DNA of 62,416 nt, counting the filler, from a bacterium (GTDB taxonomy: Bacteria; JALSQH01): NCBI GenBank assembly GCA_026985515.1. It is 8 parts of 8 records of this genome, joined end to end, with 100 filler letters (N's around TTAATTAATTAA, not from the genome) between each part and the next. Parts side by side here need not be neighbours in the genome. Positions count along the whole stretch, not along the records: positions 54,023 to 62,416 come from JALSQH010000153.1; 7 more parts are not named here. One strand, 5' to 3'. Shown one piece after another: positions 57,169 through 62,416 of the stretch. Under the pieces are notes generated by a model. The model did not search any database. It was not told the origin of the DNA and worked only from the letters and a program-made list of their open reading frames with translations. A program made the position numbers and the translations under genes. How positions within the stretch are numbered: position 1 is the first letter of the stretch; the number at the start of each line of letters is the position of its first letter.

Positions 57169-59814
57169 GTGAAAAAATTTTTTTCTGCTGTTGCTCTGCT
57201 GCTATTCATCTCCTGTGTACCTCATAATGTTAAAAAGGAGGAGTTAACTTCAATGGGAAATAGCGGTGAAGTTATTTCTTTCAAACTTGAAAATGGGCTT
57301 ACGGTATTGCTCAAGCCTGATCACAGATCAAAGGCGGTCGCTGTACAGATGTGGGTGAAGGTTGGAGGAGCAGATGAATCGGATAGCGAAGCCGGGATCT
57401 CTCATGTAGTGGAACATATGCTTTTTAAAGGGACCGAAAAAAGGGGAGTTGGTGAAATTGCCCGTGAAGTTGAATCTGTTGGGGGAGACATCAATGCATA
57501 CACCTCAGATGACGAAACTGTGTTTCATCTGGTTGTTCCTTCGAGTTATACTTCCCTTGGCCTTGATATTATTGCAGATATGATTCAGCATTCCAGATTT
57601 GATCCCGAAGAATTTTCAAGAGAAAAGGAAGTTATTCTTGAAGAAATAAGAAGATCAAGGGATGACCCAAGGAGAAGACTATATGAAGAATTGATGAAAT
57701 TGGTATATAAAAAGCATCCCTATGGTCGGCCAGTAATTGGATATCCAGATATTGTGGCAAAGTTTACAAGGGATCAGGTCTACAATCACTACAAAAAGTG
57801 GTATGTTCCCAATAACATGGTTCTGGTAGTTGTGGGTGATTTTGATCCTGTAAAGGTTAAAAAAGAAATTGAGGATCTGTACAGAGACTTTAAACCTCAT
57901 CCTGTTCATCACAGTCGTCCCGAGGAGCCCTATGAAGATTCCCTCAGAGTGGAAGTGGTAAGGAGTGATGTACCCAAGGCGTATCTCTCCATAGCATATT
58001 TGACCACACCTCTCAAAAGCAGGTATACGGTTCCCCTTGATATATTTTCCGATTTCCTTACGGGAGAGAATAACAGGATTTTGACTAAGCTCCTTAAAGA
58101 TAAGGAGAAACTTGTTTATTTCCTGAATAGTTATGATTATACACCGGAGGATAGAGGAACTTTTGTGATAACAGCTTATCTTGAGCCAGAGAATGTTGTA
58201 AAAGTTGCAGAGGAGATAAGCAGAACTATTTCAAGATATAGAGAAGAGCTTATTCCGGAAGATATGCTGGATCTTTTGAAAAGGGAAACTGAGAGGGATT
58301 TCATCTTTGCAAGGGAAACTGTGCAGGGGCAGGCAAGAGATCTCGGTTCATTTCAGCTCCTTGCAGGAGATTACAGGTATGAAAAAGAGTACCTGAAGAG
58401 AATCAGAGAGGTAACACCTGAAGAGGTGAGAGAGGCAGTCAGGAGCTATTTAAAACCTGAGAGGGCAAGAATCGTGGTGATGATTCCTCAGAACTCAGAT
58501 ATTGAGCCTTCTGTCCTTAAAAGTCAGATTGAAAAAGCCTGGTTTCACGGAAAAGGTATTGAAAAGGAGATTTCCGGTGAAAATCTTGGAGAGGTTGAAA
58601 AGTTCACAATTGGGGGTATTGATCTGATTTACAGATACCGTGATTCTCTTCCAACTGCTGCATTTACGGCTGTTATTCCTGGAGGAATAATTGCTGATCC
58701 GCCCGGGAAAGCAGGGTTGAATTATGTTCTTGCCCACATGTGGAGTAAAAGAAGCGAAAGTTTTTCTCCTGCTCAGCTTGCCAGTGAGCTTGACAGGATT
58801 GGTGGAAGCCTCTCAATTAATCCTAACAGAGATACAATTACAATCACCTTTACTTTTCTGAGTCGCTACATGGATGATGCCCTTTCTCTGTTTCAGGAGA
58901 TTCTTCTTCATCCTTCTTTTGTTGAGGATGATCTTGATGAAGCGAGATCTGACGCCATTGCCATACTTGAATCCCTTGAAAATAACATGTGGAGATATAC
59001 ACTTGGAAAGTTTCTCTCCCTTTATTATGCCTCCCATCCGTATGGTCACCTTGTTCAGGGAAAAGTTGAGGATCTGAGAAAGATAACTCTTGAGGATGTT
59101 AAGGAACTCTATCACAAGTTAATTTCCCAGAGGCCTCTGATTCTTTCTGTGGTGGGTTCTGTAGACAGGGAAAAAGTGCTCGAGGGTATCAGAGATATTT
59201 CCCATGATTTACCTCCAGCAGGTGTGAGGATCTCCTATCCAGAGCCTGAAGTTATAACCGGGAAAACCTACTTTGAGAGAAAGAAAAAACACCAGACCCA
59301 TATTCTTCTCTCCTTTCCGGGAGTATCTATAAACGACAGAGATAGAATAGCACTGGAGGTTGTGGAAAATATCCTGGGGGGAATGGGTAATAGACTTTTT
59401 GTGGATCTGAGAGACAGAAAGAGTCTTGCCTATGTTGTAAGTGCAGCCAATGTTTCCCCTTACAGGAGAGGTTTTTTTATGATTTATCTTGCCACTGCAC
59501 CGCAAAAAGTAAAAATAGCTCTCTCCTCTCTGAAAGAGGAGGTGGAGAAAATAGTTAAGGATGGATTTACGGATAAGGAACTGGAGGATGCTAAAAGATT
59601 TATGATCGGTTCCATGGATGTTGCACTTCAGTCAAATTCTTCCCTTGCCAATACCTATGCCATAAATGAGTTTTATCACTCAGATCCTTTATTTTTCGAA
59701 AAGAAAAAGAAGATCATTGAATCAATAACCCTGAAAGATGTGAATAATGTTGCAAAGAAATATTTTGATTTGAAAAAGGCTGACTGGGTAATTGTGGGCG
59801 AGGAAGGGAGATGA
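57169..59814 (+). CDS. M16 family zinc protease (PqqL-like) lipoprotein
   Basis: Lipobox FISC; LENGL, HVVEHMLFKGT (HxxEH), NAYT, second M16 half, RLFVDLRDRKSLAY. Confidence 0.93.
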   Translation: MKKFFSAVALLLFISCVPHNVKKEELTSMGNSGEVISFKLENGLTVLLKPDHRSKAVAVQMWVKVGGADESDSEAGISHVVEHMLFKGTEKRGVGEIAREVESVGGDINAYTSDDETVFHLVVPSSYTSLGLDIIADMIQHSRFDPEEFSREKEVILEEIRRSRDDPRRRLYEELMKLVYKKHPYGRPVIGYPDIVAKFTRDQVYNHYKKWYVPNNMVLVVVGDFDPVKVKKEIEDLYRDFKPHPVHHSRPEEPYEDSLRVEVVRSDVPKAYLSIAYLTTPLKSRYTVPLDIFSDFLTGENNRILTKLLKDKEKLVYFLNSYDYTPEDRGTFVITAYLEPENVVKVAEEISRTISRYREELIPEDMLDLLKRETERDFIFARETVQGQARDLGSFQLLAGDYRYEKEYLKRIREVTPEEVREAVRSYLKPERARIVVMIPQNSDIEPSVLKSQIEKAWFHGKGIEKEISGENLGEVEKFTIGGIDLIYRYRDSLPTAAFTAVIPGGIIADPPGKAGLNYVLAHMWSKRSESFSPAQLASELDRIGGSLSINPNRDTITITFTFLSRYMDDALSLFQEILLHPSFVEDDLDEARSDAIAILESLENNMWRYTLGKFLSLYYASHPYGHLVQGKVEDLRKITLEDVKELYHKLISQRPLILSVVGSVDREKVLEGIRDISHDLPPAGVRISYPEPEVITGKTYFERKKKHQTHILLSFPGVSINDRDRIALEVVENILGGMGNRLFVDLRDRKSLAYVVSAANVSPYRRGFFMIYLATAPQKVKIALSSLKEEVEKIVKDGFTDKELEDAKRFMIGSMDVALQSNSSLANTYAINEFYHSDPLFFEKKKKIIESITLKDVNNVAKKYFDLKKADWVIVGEEGR

Positions 59815-61460
59815 TGAATTTGATGGAGAAGAAAATCACAGCTGAAGTGGCAAGATGGGGAGTTGTTGCAGATTATGAGAGAATCCCTTCTGAAATTGTG
59901 AAAAGGTTAAGGTATCAGATTCTGGGAATGCTTGGTTCATTTTTCGGTAGTTTGAGAACAGATATGGGTAAAAGGTTTTTTGACCATCTTGTTTCTATTG
60001 CTCGACCGGGGGAAATACCTGTACCGGCAACAGATAAAAAGGTTTCACTGGAGGATGCTCTGAGGATATACACCAGTATGAGCATGCTTCTGGATTACGA
60101 TGATTACCTGTTCATGGGACATACGGGTCACTCAGCAGTGTGGACATCTCTTCTGGCAGGGTTAAAATTCCAGAAGAGCAGCAGGGAAATTCTTACCGGG
60201 ATCGCTATTGGAAATGAGGCTGGCGGCAGACTTGGTGGGGCAGTTCTCCTTGGACCTCATAACGGACAGATGTGGAGTTTTATTCATGGTGTGAATTCTG
60301 CCCTGATTTATGGGAGGTTTTCTGGCCTTGATTTTGAGCAGATTCTTAACGCTGTATCGCTTTACCTCTATCAGCCACATTACCCTCTCTATCCCGGTTT
60401 TATGAACTCAGATGCCAAGATTTTAACTGCTGCGAGGCCTGTCATTGAGGGTATTCATGCCGTTGAAATTGCACGGGGAGGTTTTGGAGGTTACGAAAGA
60501 ATTATTGAAGGAAAGAGAGGATTGCTGGAAAATTTTTCCATTGTGCCTTTTGATTTTCTGATTTCCGATTTTGGCAGATCATGGGTAACTTATTCACTTG
60601 CTGTGAAAATTTATCCCGGGTGCGCCTATATTGATACCACAATGGATGCTTTAAATGAAATTTTCAGAGAAAAGGAAATTGATCCTGATAAAATCAGGGA
60701 AGTCCACATAAGGGCCAATCTTCTAACATTTCAAATGAATAGAATTGCTGAGGATTACTTTGATCCTGCATTTCTTTCCCCTATAAACATAAATTTCAAT
60801 TTGAAGATCAACACCGCTCTTTTCCTTCTGAACGGCAGGCTTACACCGGAGCTTTTGAGCGTTGGTTACCTGTCGGATAACAGAAGAAAGATTCTCAATC
60901 TTGCTGAGAGGATAAAAATTGAACACTGGTGGCCCCATACATTTGACACAATTTATGCTGCGTTTAATTCAATGAACTGGGAAAAATTGATTGGTACAAC
61001 TGGACATCTGGATTTAAAAAATCTGAAAAATCAACTTGAAAAGTATCATGGTTCTTCCGGGGTGGAAATTTCAATGAGGGAATTTCTGCATCTCAGAAAA
61101 GTGTTACCGCCAGAGAAGAAAAAATTTCTTCACAGAATCATCTTGAAAAGCTTGAAAAACAGAGTTGTTAAAGGTGAGGAAGGGGATTTTTCTCTGAAGG
61201 ATATCAATTTTGAGAAGTTCAGCATGCCTTTTGGAGTGGATGTTGAGATTGTAATGGAGAATGGATCAACTTTTGGAAAATCTGTCTCTATTCCGGAGGG
61301 GGTATCATATAAAGAGGGCTTTGAAGAGAAAGTTAAGATGAAGTTTATTGAAAATGCTCTCCCATTTATAGGGAGGGAGAGAAGCGAAGAAGTTATTGAA
61401 ATCGTGGAAAATTTTGAAGAAAAGCCAGCTTATCTTCTCTTTGAAAAACTTACGGGTTAA
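59811..61460 (+). CDS. MmgE/PrpD family protein
   Basis: LDYDD..GHTGH, KIYPGCAY, 'IDPDKIREVHI', C-terminal KF; longer than typical members. Confidence 0.85.
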   Translation: MMNLMEKKITAEVARWGVVADYERIPSEIVKRLRYQILGMLGSFFGSLRTDMGKRFFDHLVSIARPGEIPVPATDKKVSLEDALRIYTSMSMLLDYDDYLFMGHTGHSAVWTSLLAGLKFQKSSREILTGIAIGNEAGGRLGGAVLLGPHNGQMWSFIHGVNSALIYGRFSGLDFEQILNAVSLYLYQPHYPLYPGFMNSDAKILTAARPVIEGIHAVEIARGGFGGYERIIEGKRGLLENFSIVPFDFLISDFGRSWVTYSLAVKIYPGCAYIDTTMDALNEIFREKEIDPDKIREVHIRANLLTFQMNRIAEDYFDPAFLSPININFNLKINTALFLLNGRLTPELLSVGYLSDNRRKILNLAERIKIEHWWPHTFDTIYAAFNSMNWEKLIGTTGHLDLKNLKNQLEKYHGSSGVEISMREFLHLRKVLPPEKKKFLHRIILKSLKNRVVKGEEGDFSLKDINFEKFSMPFGVDVEIVMENGSTFGKSVSIPEGVSYKEGFEEKVKMKFIENALPFIGRERSEEVIEIVENFEEKPAYLLFEKLTG

Positions 61461-61512
61461 TTGTGGAATATATCTCCCTCAACTGGTATAATTAAGGCAG
61501 AAGGAGGAGAAA

Positions 61513-61770
61513 ATGTTTGGTGGTCTTGGTACAAGCGAAATAATATTAATTCTACTTATTGTCCTGATAATCTTTGGTGCCGGCAAGTTACCTGAGGTTG
61601 GAGCTGGACTTGGAAAAGCAATAAGAAATTTCAAGAAGGCATCAAGTGGAGAAGATGTGGTGGATGTGACCCCCAGAAAAGAGGAAGAGAGTAAGAAAGA
61701 AATTCCACCTTCTCAGGCTCAGGATATTTCTGCTGAATCAAAAACAGAAGAAAAGGACAGAGTCAATTAG
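61513..61770 (+). CDS. tatA: Twin-arginine translocase subunit TatA
   Basis: [34 protein letters not shown]. Confidence 0.96.
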   Translation: MFGGLGTSEIILILLIVLIIFGAGKLPEVGAGLGKAIRNFKKASSGEDVVDVTPRKEEESKKEIPPSQAQDISAESKTEEKDRVN

Positions 61771-62416
61771 TTTTTTGCTGAGTGGTATATCTTTCAAGAA
61801 GCTCTTCCGCTCTTCTCCTTAAGTGGGGAGAGAGGGTTTTGTCTCTTGTTATTTCTTTTAGATCCTGTTTCATGAGAAAGTTCAGGAACTTTAATGCCAC
61901 ATCAAGAGGAGTGAAAGGGTTCAGTACTATGGCTTTTCGTATGTTGTACCTCATATTCCACCTGGGGTGAGTTGAGATCAACCTCAGTACCTCTGGATTG
62001 TTTGGCCTTTTGGTGATTATAGCCAGAATATCCCTTTCGGTGGCTCTCGGATTGTTCAGGAGATTCTTGACAACCTGTGGGTCTCTTACTGTTCTTATTT
62101 TTTCAATGGTGTTTCTATCGGGCTTCCTGGCCAGGAATTTCTTTTCGCCAAGGGTCAGTTCCCTTACTTCAACATGTTCATCTTTGGAAGGTATATAGTT
62201 TTGAATTTTCTTCTGCTTCTTCTGTAACCTCATATATGCCATGTGGATAATATCTCTCAGTTCGTCAACATCTTCTTTTTCCAGGAGATTCTTGTAGATT
62301 TCCCCTATCTTTGTGAGCCCCAGCTTTTCAACAAAAACTTCTTCATAAAGAAGGCTCATTATTGTTAAAAGGTAGCCCTCCTTTTTCCCTTCTTTTGATT
62401 TCCGATAAATATGTGC
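61763..62416 (-). CDS. Conserved helical-repeat hypothetical protein (5'-truncated by window end)
   Basis: [48 protein letters not shown] pattern; frame open to 62416. Confidence 0.75.
   Translation of the reverse strand, partial: AHIYRKSKEGKKEGYLLTIMSLLYEEVFVEKLGLTKIGEIYKNLLEKEDVDELRDIIHMAYMRLQKKQKKIQNYIPSKDEHVEVRELTLGEKKFLARKPDRNTIEKIRTVRDPQVVKNLLNNPRATERDILAIITKRPNNPEVLRLISTHPRWNMRYNIRKAIVLNPFTPLDVALKFLNFLMKQDLKEITRDKTLSPHLRRRAEELLERYTTQQKTN

Noticed and set aside
1-62416. rRNA, tRNA, transposase, integrase or prophage genes
   Set aside because: None recognised in the intergenic gaps or the ORF set by manual reading.

Overview
This window is not one continuous locus. It holds eight assembly contigs of a draft bacterial genome, joined by seven artificial 100-nt linkers (N44-TTAATTAATTAA-N44), so gene adjacency across a linker means nothing. 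The exception is contigs 3 and 4, which overlap by 135 nt and join into one gene. Gene content points by inference to a diderm, deltaproteobacteria-like (Desulfobacterota/Myxococcota-type), probably thermophilic anaerobe: korDABC, GspL/M/N, an HTH-pilM-pilN operon, a Dif-like chemosensory cluster, and E/K-rich proteins. Housekeeping blocks: sucC-sucD-korD-korA-korB-korC-ndk; dedA-cinA-like-rpe-peptide ABC binding protein; ffh-rpsP-khpA-trmD-SPOUT methylase-rplS-(SMC-like)-rnhB-yraN, with no rimM; clpB; mutL-miaA-accA-like-gspLMN-nth; aspC-engB-OMP-M16 peptidase-MmgE/PrpD-tatA. Accessory content: a GH99 lipoprotein, two tandem HdrD-like CCG proteins with an Ntn acylase, an 8xFN3 surface lipoprotein, a Tad/Flp-like pilus locus, and agmatinase coupled to an RdhC/NosR-like flavoprotein. 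The most unusual signals are (1) a non-coding, GC-rich 226-bp tandem repeat at 11551-11990, where each unit folds into a ~185-nt multi-stem structure with pairing-preserving substitutions and matches no RNA family I recognise, and (2) a ~742-aa membrane protein, split by the assembly, that fuses a PqqD/RRE-like domain, an M50 peptidase-like domain lacking the zinc motif, and two cNMP-binding domains. No rRNA, tRNA, CRISPR array or transposase was seen. All calls come from motif reading only; no database searches were run.
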